From contig NC_047062.1 in the NCBI RefSeq assembly GCF_902459465.1, positions 3,286,001-3,350,000 on the forward strand: DNA of 64,000 bases, given 5' to 3'. Shown here piece by piece: positions 37,601 through 49,700 of the stretch. Position 1 is the first letter of the stretch. Every line of letters begins with the position of its first letter. The notes beneath the pieces were generated by a model that saw only the letters and a program-made list of their open reading frames with translations, made no database searches and was not told the origin of the DNA. This DNA comes from Asterias rubens (Eukaryota). The translations under genes were made by a program, and so were the position numbers.

Positions 37601-40600
37601 AAAAGGTAAAGTCGTTATACAAAATTACATGAGAATAACGTACAGATAATGATTGTGTATGAGTTTATTGGTGAGAATATTTTCATGAGTTGAATGGAAC
37701 GTTTCATCTTTTAACAAATGAAAGTGTTCTCTCTGTTGCATGAATGCAAAACATTTATTATTGATTTTGTGGGTTTATATAACATCCGAGTATATCTTTG
37801 TCATTTAGAGGAAAAACCAATTACTAAAATGTACAAGATTGTAACATGGCATCCAATAATGGCATCCAATAATGGCATCCAATAATGGCATCCAATTTTC
37901 ATAGTGTGCGTTTTGCGGTTGTAGTGGAGATCTTACCTTTTTATTCCAATTTTGTCTCTTTTTTTATCAGAAATGGGGTTGATTTACTCTGGGTCCGCCT
38001 GGCACCTATCTTTTTTTGTATTTTATTCCGTGTAATATGATTGTTTGTAATGGAATGTTTTTACTTAATTTAAAAAAAAACATAATTGCTATTTTTGCTC
38101 ATGTTTTTTAATCCTGCATTTTAATGTTTTTTTTTTTTTTTTACTGTACAGCGCTTTGAAAAAGTGTTACAGCGCTTTATAAATGCATTTAAGTTAAGTT
38201 AAGTTAAGTTATAATATATCTTTGTCCATGATGGATATGATGTCTGTGGTGGTTATGTGGTCCAGTCTTCAATAGTTAATTTCGGGGTATAAATGAACAT
38301 AAATGAAGTGATAACAATAGTATGAGAGCGCCCTCATGCGGTCAAAAATACAGAGCATTGCCTTTCTTGTCATGACCTTCAATTTTCTTTGTGATGGAAG
38401 ATTTTCAAAGAGCGGCAATCAGCTACCACAAGAGAATCGTCATTGTTAAAGGTGATTCCATGAGCGTCAAACAGTTCCTTGATCTCCGTTTTGGCGAAAA
38501 TACCCCCGGGGGTGTAATGGTAGATCTCATCCTTGCCTCTTTTACACTTACTTTTCTGGGCTGCCACATAGATCTCCCTCTGATCGTCACAGCAGACCCC
38601 CGTTGGGAAGACCTGGTTTCCGCTCATGTCTGACGTTTCAACAGAGAACACTATGTTGCTGTCGAGGTCAACGGAGACCAGTCTCCCCTGTTCATAGTTG
38701 GTGTAGATCAGGTGTTGTGTAGCCCTGTTGAAGGTCAGATACTGGCCGATGTGGTCGGCGGGTATGGTCTTTAGCAGAAACCCAGCATCATCTAGAAGGC
38801 CAATTCGACCTTTTCCTCTGTCGCCTACTGCAATCTTGAAGGGAATCTCTTGCCCTTGAATCCCTTCAACCACAGTGAGGCAGGCAAGTTCTTCCGAATC
38901 CGCCCATGGTGTAACATCAAAGAGGACGATGTTTTCTGGACCGAACATCTTGACGCTCCTCTTCTCTGCGCCGTTAGAAGTGACAACAATTCTGTCTTCT
39001 GAAACAACGGCGATCGCAGTGGAGAAGTTAAGGGGGCCTACTTCATCTGGTAGGATCTTCATTTGCTCACCAGCAGGACTGTAAACCATTAATTGGTTAC
39101 GATGTTTGTCAAAGATCAGGAGTTTTCCACTTGGAAAAGCCGCGACATGGATCAAATCATCAAACTGGTTGGTGTTTTCATTCTCTTTACCAACCTTTGA
39201 TTTCAAGTCCCATTTCTCAGTCATCAGAAACTTTCCCAGGCTTTTGTTAGACTTGCTTTCTTTGAAATTGACATATGATAAGCTATACGGCACAGAGTCA
39301 CGTTTTGTGCTGGTCAAATCTTTCAAATGGTGCTTAATTTTGGATTTAAGGCTCAAAATCTCAGAGTGGCTTGCCCGTGACATAATTTTGCCAATCTTTT
39401 TCAGGTTTTGTTTTGCCATCTTGACCTTTTTGCTGTTGTTGATTCTTACCTTTCCCAGTGCTACGACTTTTTGGTTGTGAACTAACTGCAGCGTCCCTCT
39501 CAGCCGTCTTTCCTTGTTTCTGATTTTGGCGACTTCCTGATCAGCTTTGGCTGCGATTTTCCTCTGGGCGTTACTGTTCAGCTGCTTCAGCCTGCTCTCT
39601 GCGTGTTTGGTCAGAGTCTCGGCATCTTGAAAAGACTCTCTGGATCTTTCCGCTTGGGTCATTAAACTCCCAACTTCTGATCTGCAACAGTCTATAGCCT
39701 CCTCAATGTCAGTGTAGCTGTGGTCCGGGCTGCAGTGGTCAAGCACAGTGCACGTCGTGCATATCAGCATCTCACAGGTGATACAGAAGAAGCAGCAGTC
39801 CTGATCGCTGTGCTTGCTACACTTTGGATTTTGATCTCTCAGCTTGCTCTTGAAGGTGATCTTGCCGGACTTCAGGTCTGCCATGGGTACGATATTATGG
39901 TTCTTCAGGGCTATCAAACGCTGGTGAGCATTCTGACACTCAAGGCACAGAAAGTTATCACAGTCCATGCATCTTGAGACGGCGGTGTTATCCTCTACGC
40001 ATCCTTGACATCTAATCTTAGACACGTCGCCAGAGATCTTATCCTTGAGGACTGCCTCCTCCACCAGGCCTCTTAAGGTGTTGTTGTTCATCAGCCCCGT
40101 CAAGCCATTCAGAGCTCTTGTTTCGACATCACAAACGGGACAGAGGACTGCTTTGAAACCATCCTCTTGGTTTGACACGCCCTTTTCCAGACACGGTCTG
40201 CAAACGTTGTGAAGACAGTCTAGTATCTTCGGCTCATGGAAGTAATCTTGACAAAGAGGGCACGAGATGTCAGTCGAGTCATCCGTATCCTCTGGTAGTG
40301 GAACATTCTTTGCTTCTGTGTCTTTAAACTCTTTCTTGACTTGGACAACCTCAAGACAGTCTGTAAGAAAAAACAGTTGAATAAAAATCATCCCAATTTA
40401 ATGGCGCATATAAAAAAAATATGCTCACCAGAATAAGGTTACCGTCACAAATGCCACGTCAGATGTACCACTTGTGATGGGTTTTCGGCTTACTTTTGCT
40501 ATAAAGCAGAAAGGTTTGTTTATAAGCAGCTCTATGAAATTGGGCCCAGTGTCAATACAGATTTGTGTGCAGATTGTTTGTTTAATTGTATGCAGTTTTG

Positions 40601-40669
40601 ACACAATAGGTATATCAAGTAAGCTGGCTCCTCTCCTTGTAGTAGTTTATATGGCATCAGTAATAATAA

Positions 40670-40713
<44 letters not shown>

Positions 40714-43700
40714 TAATCGGTTTTTATAAAGCGCTTTATACACCATGTCTCAAAGCGCTTCCAACATTATTACCTTGATCACTGGGCCATTTCATTCCTG
40801 AAACCATCTCAGCTCCCTGGGGAGTATACAGCATAGTGCTGCCAAATATGTAGCGCGCTAAGCTAAACCAACCACAAGAACCATATTTGCTCTCACAGAG
40901 AAGCAACTATAGCAAAGTGTCTTGCTCATGGACACAAGTGTCACGACCTGGATTCGAACCAACACTCTGCTTAACAGATACACCAGAGCTTGAGTTCGAT
41001 GCTCTTATCCGCTCAACACAAAAAAAACAATTTGTAAATGTGGCGTGGCGTGGCTCAGCGCTAAAGATCGCCAGACTCAAGCGCTGGTGTTTCTGATCAG
41101 CAGCATGTGGGTTCGAGTCCCAGTATAATAGTATTTTAGCTGGTTAGGTAAGCATAATATTGTTTTGTTTATTTAGTTTTCATGCCCCGACCATTACGAA
41201 ATAATACAAGACCACTTGAATAACAAAAAACAAAAAGGAAATCAAAAGAGGAAAGTAAAAAAAGTTAACAATTACATCTAATATGCATTAAGAAAAAATA
41301 CTAAACAGTGTTGTAGTCAAGTACTAGTTTCCATTTTATTTACAAATTTAAAAGTAGGCCCGACCCGAGAGGGCGCTGTTCGTGGTGTCAATCGAGGCGC
41401 GATATTTGAAGAGAGAGTTTGTAGTTTGGCCCCGTACACTACGTCTGGATACCTGATCGGTATGATGCCTACGTACAGAACTACGGTCACGGAGCAGACT
41501 GCACGCACTGTTTGGTTGCTGTGCGGACGGTCCACTCGGATTACCCAGCACGATGAATCCCATGCTGTGCTAACACAAGATAGTGACGCTTGGCACAAGC
41601 TAAAAACATGCCCTCAAAATTGAAACAATATCCGATTTTGTTCACGTTAGGCAAATGCTCCTTTAGGTTCGTCACGTCTCTCAGGTACCTTGTTGGGATG
41701 GCTTCATGTTTTAGAAAGGAGTTTTTCTCTTCATGTAAAAATGTGTGGTGTATTCCGGATTCTCAAAGCACGACGGCTCAAAGTGTTCGCTTCACAGTGC
41801 TGGGAAAGACGTCAGACCGGACCACTTTGCATACTGACCCCATCTTTAGTTGTTTTGCTGCATCAAGCAGCAATACACCTGGTCGACATTGCCGGAAAAT
41901 GCAAGAAACCAACTTTTTTTCCGAAACATACAAACTCAAGACTGGGACTTGCATTTACTTGCACGTACGTGTGTTCGATTTACGATCAAAGCAAAGTCTG
42001 CCTCCATTGACATCACAAAAGGGGTAAGCGGAGTCACCCCAAAACAACTTTATCTATTTTTTAAACAATTACTCAAAAAATAATTTTATTGTTCATAAAC
42101 ATATACTCTCATGATTGACGAAACAAAATTATATTTCCAGGTGACTTTAAGGAAACAAGTGTCAGGACTGGGACTCGAACCCACACTTTGTTGACAAGAA
42201 ACACTAGAGCTTGATGCTTGTGTTCTTATTGGGGACAGGTTGACTTTATTGCTAGTAATCTGTGCTTTTTATTTGGCCCTAGTAACTTTTATAAGCCAAG
42301 ATTTTGAACATGTAATTTGAAAACTTTAACCATTAGGCAGCGATTTCAACCGATTGATTGATCAGATCATTCACACACATAAAAGATTGGCGCCTGCTTA
42401 TAAAACCACTTGTGGGAAACCCTGAAAAGCAAAAAAACACCACATTTGTACTATTCACATCTATAAAAAAAAAAGGGGGGAAAAAAGCAAAACTGTCCAT
42501 ATCAAATTGACATTAAAAAAAGTTGTTTATTCTCACCAGTTGATGCGGAGCTTGTACTGGCAATATCCATCTTGGTAGAATTCAAGTTGTTGCTCTCTTA
42601 GACAATCGTCCTGGATTGAATGTTTGTGCTTAACATTTGCAGTGCAATAAGTTGATGTGTACGGCCGTTGGCTTGGAGAATTTCTCATGTCTGGATTTAT
42701 CACCCCAAAAATTCCCGTTCTTTTCTTTTGTACACATAAAATATTCATCCATACATCTACCTCTGTACCCGAACTTTGTACCCGATGTACAAGTAACATA
42801 CAGAGTACATGTACACATACTGATTGTATCACATGTATAGATTACATTGAGTTCTGACTACCAATTTAGGCCTTCACCTTGTATGGAACCTGGTATTAAA
42901 TTATTCTTTCAGATTTGAGCCACGACCTGTATGTGAGGGCCAAAATGTCAATTTTCTAATGTCAACTTTTCTCTACTACTGTGCTTTCAAGTGAGGAACT
43001 TTTACCCTGATTTTTTTTTTTTTTTTGGCAAACTTCGGACAAAACTTTTGTTTGTTTGTTTATTAATGCAAGTGATTGATATTTTTTGAGGATCATCTGT
43101 ACAGCAAGAAATATACAGTAACTTTTTGTTGTGGTAAGGGATTTTTAAAATTTTATGCAAGTCCCCAGACACACAAGGCCCGAAGGACACTTCAAGGTGT
43201 GGGTTACAAATCAACTATTTTTGCAGGGGCCGTTGCCACCTACTCCCGGGGCTGAGACAAGGTTCTACCCCCTTTACACTCTATAGGGATGTAGGCTTGG
43301 GTATCATCAATTAGAAGCCTGGCTGGTAGAGCAGAAAGCACTACCTCCCCATACTGTATGTAATTTTTATTATTTGTATTTTTTTGTAAACATTTTTATT
43401 GGACAGGAGGGTCACATGTTGTATGTTCAATTCCCTTATAGTGCTACTTTATAATTTCCATTTATTAGAAGTTCTGGCTTTGTATGGTATCTGTACTCTA
43501 CATTTTCAACTTGTACTGGCGTGCAGCAGGCCTGCGAGTTAAATACATTTGTTACTAGGGGTGCTGGGTGCCCGGGTTGTTTGATGCTCAAGTGAAAGTC
43601 ATGCATGTGAAACTTGTAAGGGGATGATGCCGAAATAGGTGGAATTCAGCAAGGGTTTATTAAAAAAAAAAAAGAAGTATTTTATCATGATGACAGTGTT

Positions 43701-46700
43701 GAAAACTAACGCCTTCGCAGTTATTCAGTACTAGCGGGATGCCGCGCTTTGCGTGGCAACCCCGCTAGAAAGCTCTACGTAAAAATGCTGCAAGTGTAGC
43801 GTTGTGTACAGAGGAGGGCTAAAGTGGCTGGGCAGGGTCACAATACAAGTCACTGTGGCAAACCACCCATCTTAAGTAAAGACGAATTTTAGTGCTTTGT
43901 GAAATCGTACACTTGTCCGTCTTTTTTCGTTTCGGCATTGTCGATCCCATCCATATTTTCCAGTTTCCAGCGGATCCCGATAGTGGTTCTTTCCCAGCGT
44001 TTATATCCCGTTTTGTTTATTTTGTTCCTGTTCAGTTGATTATTTTCTGTCCTGTATAGTTTTCAAACCCCTTTGCTTTTTCCCCCTCACCAGCCTCGTT
44101 CATTTTTTCCCCAACCACCTGTCCCACCGTGTGCCCCTTCCCTATCCCGTCCCATATCTAACCCACGCCTCCGTGCCTCTCCCGTGACCGCGATCCCCTG
44201 CATTGGCATTCTTCTTTGATTGCCACTGTTTGCCCATAACTCATATTTTCCAGTTTCGCGCGGGTCCCGTTTGTGGGGTTTTTCGCGTTTTATGGGCTTG
44301 ATCCCCCCCCCCCCATTGAGTTTAATATTTTCCTGTCACATGTCCCACATCACGATAGTCTCTTTTAATTTGATTCAATCCCTACCCCAGCCCTTTTCAT
44401 TTTCCCCGTCATTTCTATTTTTGCCGTTCCCCCGTTCCACAGGCGTACCACTTTGTGCCCCTACCTCCTATCCCCGTCCAAAATCTAACCCGTGCCTCAT
44501 TCCCGTCATCCCGCCCGTGAATTGTTCTCTGCACTTTTTGTCGTCCCATAACTTTCCCATGTCCAGTTTATTTCTTCCCTGACCAATGTCAATGTTAGTC
44601 CCTTTTTCTTTTTCCCCTTTCCGTATTATTTTTCCAGCCCTTTTACTAATGTTCCCTACATTTGTTGCCGTTCCACCGCCCTCTTCCCGCAGACGTACCA
44701 CACTACATGCTCCTTTCATCTCCTTGTTCCCACAACGTGCTCTAATAACCCCCACCATTCGTCCTGTCGTCGTGCCCCCCCCCCCCCCCCCCCATGCATT
44801 GTTCTTTACTGGGTACGCGCGAAGTTACTGGACGCTCGCGCTGTGACTGTGACATCACAAAGGACGCCTGCCCTCAACCCCAAAGTTACTACACGCTCGC
44901 GCTTTGACTGTGGCGTCACAAACAACACATGCCCCAACCCACGGGTACCCCAAAATTTATCCCAGGACGCATCATTTTAGCAGGGTGCGGGCACCACTTG
45001 CCAAACAACAATGGCGGCGCCCATGCGATTTAAGCGCTTTTATAATATAGATGAGCATTGAGCCAGATAACAGCCTTGAAAAGCTATTGTGTCCATTTTA
45101 TCCTTACAAACAAATGTTCGCTATAAAATTACCGTAGCCGTTTAACGGGAAGCATTTATTGTTCCCATGAGAACTTGTACTTTTATACAAATATTACCGA
45201 AAGGGTAAAATAATTGTGCATAAATATTTAGCCATGTCTATCTTTTAAAACTTGAGCTACGATTCCAGTAGTTTACTGCAATATTCTTGAAAAATTGATT
45301 TTCAGCAAACTCGGGCGGTGCAGGGACTAGAGGGCTAAATAATGAACTCTACCTGGCAATAATATACACACATGGTGTTACCAAAAACCAAATATAAATT
45401 GATACTTCACCATGCAATGCCCTTAAATCACATATAATTTTATCAATATCTTCAAACTGTGTAAGTTTACTGTTAATCTGTGGGCATTGTGTTATTGTGT
45501 TGTACAAAAAGTACCCACATTCTTCAATAATTTCACAATCAGTATCTAATGCAGATATCCGCTTACAGGATTTGAGTACTTTTTGTAACACCAAACACAG
45601 TGTCCATAGATTTATTTTAAGCTTACACTGTTTGAAGATAATGATAGTAGAAAGCGAACCTTAAAATATTAGTTGCTGAGGTGCTGTAGTTTTTGAGAAA
45701 TGAATAAAACAATGTTAAATGAAATACCCATGTTCGCTTCTTTATTATCGTAAATATCAAGTTATAAATCACAGGGTAATCTGACTGGGTAATTTTTTAC
45801 TAATATTAGGTTGATCAAATATAAACTGACTAGAGTTAGACTTGAACTGGAGGTCGCAGGTTGAAGTCCTGTTTTAGTCAATTGATCTTTGTCGTACATT
45901 TTCAAATTGTCAATGGGTAGAAACAAAACAAAATTGGAAGGAAAGTACCCACATTTGAAAATAGTTTGTTATTGTTTTTCATATGCATAACTTAAAGCTG
46001 CAAACTAATTTTAACGTAGATATTGTTGCTGTATTTATTTTGATAAAGCGTACATTTTCAAATTGTCAATGGGTATAAACAAAACACAATTGGAAGGAAA
46101 GCTACAGTTTGAAAATAGTCTGTTGTTCTTTTTCATATGCATAAATAAAAGCTGCAAACTAATTTCAATGTAGACATTGTTGCTGTATTTATTTTGATAA
46201 AACGTACATTTTCAAATTTTCAATGGGTATAAACAAAATGCAATTTGAAGGAAAGCTGCATAAATGACTAGCAAGTTATTGGCCCTTTAGCCTTTACTCT
46301 TTATTCTTCACCACTTGAAGACGTCATTAATCACCATGGTATCTCCAATATGATTTACGCTGACGACACCCAGCTTTATATTATTCTCAAAAATGATGAA
46401 AGAGCATCAGGCATAGTCCAGCTTCAAGATTGCCTGAAAGACATCAAGTCATGGTCTACTAAGAACTTTCTTAAGTTAAACGAGAACAAAACAGAGGTCA
46501 TTCATTTTTCCAGTCGTCACAGACCTGTTAGTCCTCTCTCAAGTATCACATTAAACAATACCTCCATATGCCCAGTGTCAAGTGCTCGCAACCTCGGAGT
46601 TCTGTTTGATACCCATCTTTCACTTAACAATCATGTCAGCAATGTTTGTCGTGCTGCTTCGTTTGCTCTTCATAGAATTGGCTCCATCAGACAATATCTG

Positions 46701-49700
46701 GATGTGAAATCTACTGAAAATTTGGTTCATTCCTTTGTAATGTGCCGCATAGATACCTGCAATAGCCTTCTTTACGGACTACCGGACACTCAGATTGCCA
46801 GATTACAACGCATACAAAATTCAGCGGCCAGACTTGTCACCAGAACTCGCACTTGGGAATCCATCACACCCATTCTTAAGGATCTACATTGGCTACCAAT
46901 ACGGGCTAGAATTGATTTTAAAGTTTTGGTTTGGACTTATCAATGTATCCATGGTATTGCCCCTGTTTATCTTCAAAGCTTAGTTCAGGAGTACAAAACA
47001 ACCAGGAATCTGCGATCTTCAAATAAATCCCTTCTGACCCCCCCAGTTATCAAAACCAAGTCGTACGGTTCCCGCTCTTTCCAATATGCAGCAGTTCAGT
47101 TATGGAACAGTCTTCCAGAGGTTGTTAAACAGGCTGAGACATCAGAACAATTCAAAACCCGGTTGAAAACATATCTGTTTACTTTGTTCAATAATTGTTG
47201 ATTTCCTTTTACAGCGCATAGGGACCTCACTGTGATATGCGCTATATAAGAATGGTTTTATTATTATTATTATTATTAATGCTTCTTTTTGAATAATGGT
47301 TGCCTAAAAACGGCAATTTGTCCAATATAAATCTACATGTATGTGACTTAAGCTTGGGCGATATAGATTTATTTTATTCACGATATATCGCCGACAATAT
47401 TATTTGATATGATCGTGATTAATTAAATTTGACATCATCAGTCTTCAAACTCCCAGTGAAAGTTGTAGAAGAGACAGTCATAGCATAAGAGAGGTGTTCT
47501 AATGACCTATTCGTTTGGTTTTACTCCAAACCTATGGGATGCAAGATGTCTCAGCTAGGAAATACATCGCGATATTGCGATACTTAGTCGATATCGCGAT
47601 TATATCGATATTTCGATTAAAACCAAATCGATCCGTATGAAATCGTTTCCAAATTAGTATCGCGATATTCGATAATATCGTGGTATCGCCCAAGCTTAAT
47701 GTGACTATAACATACGATAATTGGCTCAGGTTGCGCAGGTTTTCTTCCTTTAGTCACATCTATTCACTGTTGTGGAAAATTTTATTAGTAAGAATAAACA
47801 AGATGCAGTAATGCCCCCAAACAGCCTAAAGCATGCGCTATATGTACGAAAAACCCAAGGCTATTTAATGATTATTTGGTCTTGTTTAACCAGAGTAGCC
47901 CAGTCAGTTATCAAAGAATTGGAGGCCCTGGGGTTACATGAAAAAATAAATATGCCTAAATCTACAAAAACACAACAAAACCTGAAAATATTAAAGAGTA
48001 AAAGGGGGGAAAAATTTAAAAGACTCTAGATAAGCAAAAAAAAGTCGTTATACAAAATTACATGAGAATAACGTACAGATAATGATTGTGTATGAGTTTA
48101 TTGGTGAGAATATTTTCATGAGTTGAATGGAACGTTTCATCTTTCAACAAATGAAAGTGTTCTCTCCATTGCATGAATGCAAAACATTTATTATTGATTT
48201 TGTGGGTTTTATATAACATCCAAGTAAATCTTTGTCATTTAGAGGAAAAACCAATTACTAAAAATGTACAGGATTGTAACATGGCATCCAATAATATATC
48301 TTTTTGTCCATGATGGATGTGATGTCTGTGGTGGTTATGTGTTCCAGTCTTCAATAGTCAATTTTGGGGTATAAATGAATATAAGGCCGTGTCCGAAACG
48401 GCAACTTCGGCTACAGCTACGGCTAGATCGCGCGTGTCTGCCTATTCTTCAACACTGACGCGCGGATCTAGACGTAGCTGTAGCCGAATTCGTCGTTTCG
48501 CACACGGCCTAAATGAAGTGATAACAATAGTATGAGAGCGCCCTCATGCAGTCAAAAATACAGGATATTGCCTTTCTTGTCATGGCCTTCAATTTTCTTT
48601 GTGATGGAAGATTTTCAAAGAGCGGCAATCAGCTACCACAAGAGAATCGTCAATGTTAAAGGTGATTCCATGAGCGTCAAACAGTTCCTTGACCTCCGTA
48701 TTGGCAAAAATACCCCCGGGGGTGTAATGGTAGATCTCATCCTTGCCTCTTTTACACTTACTTTTCTGAGCTGCCACATAGATCTCCCCCTGGTCGTCAC
48801 AGCAGACCCCCGTTGGGAAGACCTGGTTTCCGCTCATGTCTGACGTTTCAACAGAGAAGACTATGTTGCTGTCGAGGTCAACGGCGACCAGTCTCCCCAT
48901 TTCATAGTTGGTGTAGATCAGGTGTTGAGTGGCCCTGTTGAAGGTCAGATACTGGCCGATGTGGTCGGCCGGTATGGTCTTTAGCAGAGACCCAGCATCA
49001 TCTAGAAGGCCAATTCGACCTTTTCCTCTGTCGCCTACTGCAATCTTGAAGGGAACTGCAATCTCTTGCCCTTGAATCCCTTCAACCACAGTGAGGCAGG
49101 CAAGTTTTCCCGAATCCGCCCATGGTGTAACATCAAAGAGGACGATGTTTTCTGGACCGAACATCTTGACACTTCTCTTCTCTGCGCCGTTAGAAGTGAC
49201 AACAATTCTGTCTTCTGAAACAACGGCGATCGCAGTGGAGATGTTTAGGGGGCCTACTTCATCTGGTAGGATCTTCATTTGCTCACCAGCAGGACTGTAA
49301 ACCATTAATTGGTTACGACGTCTGTTAAAGATCAGGAGGTTTCCACTTGGAAAAGCCGCGACATGGATCAAATCATCAAACTGGTTGGTGTTTTCATTCT
49401 CTTCACAAACCTTTGATTTCAAGTCCCATTTCTCAGTCATCTGAAACTTTCCCAGGCTTTCGTTAGACTTGCTTTCTTTGAAGTTGACATATGATAAGCC
49501 ATATGGCACAGAGTCACGTCTTGTGCTGTTCAAATCTTTCAAATGATGCTTAATTTTGGATTTAAGGCTCAAAATCTCAGAGTGGCTTGCCCGTGACATA
49601 ATTTTGCCAATCTTTTTAAGGTTTTGTTTTGCCATCTTGACCTTTTTGCTGTTGTTGATTCTTACCTTTCCCAGTGCTATGACTCTTTGGTGGTGAACTA

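Noticed and set aside
41590-42083. ORFs repeated at 50759-51263 as a conserved small gene
   Set aside because: They lie in an intronic repeat ending in ...GGTGACT|TTAA that B and C share. Frames and starts differ between the copies, and there is no domain signal.
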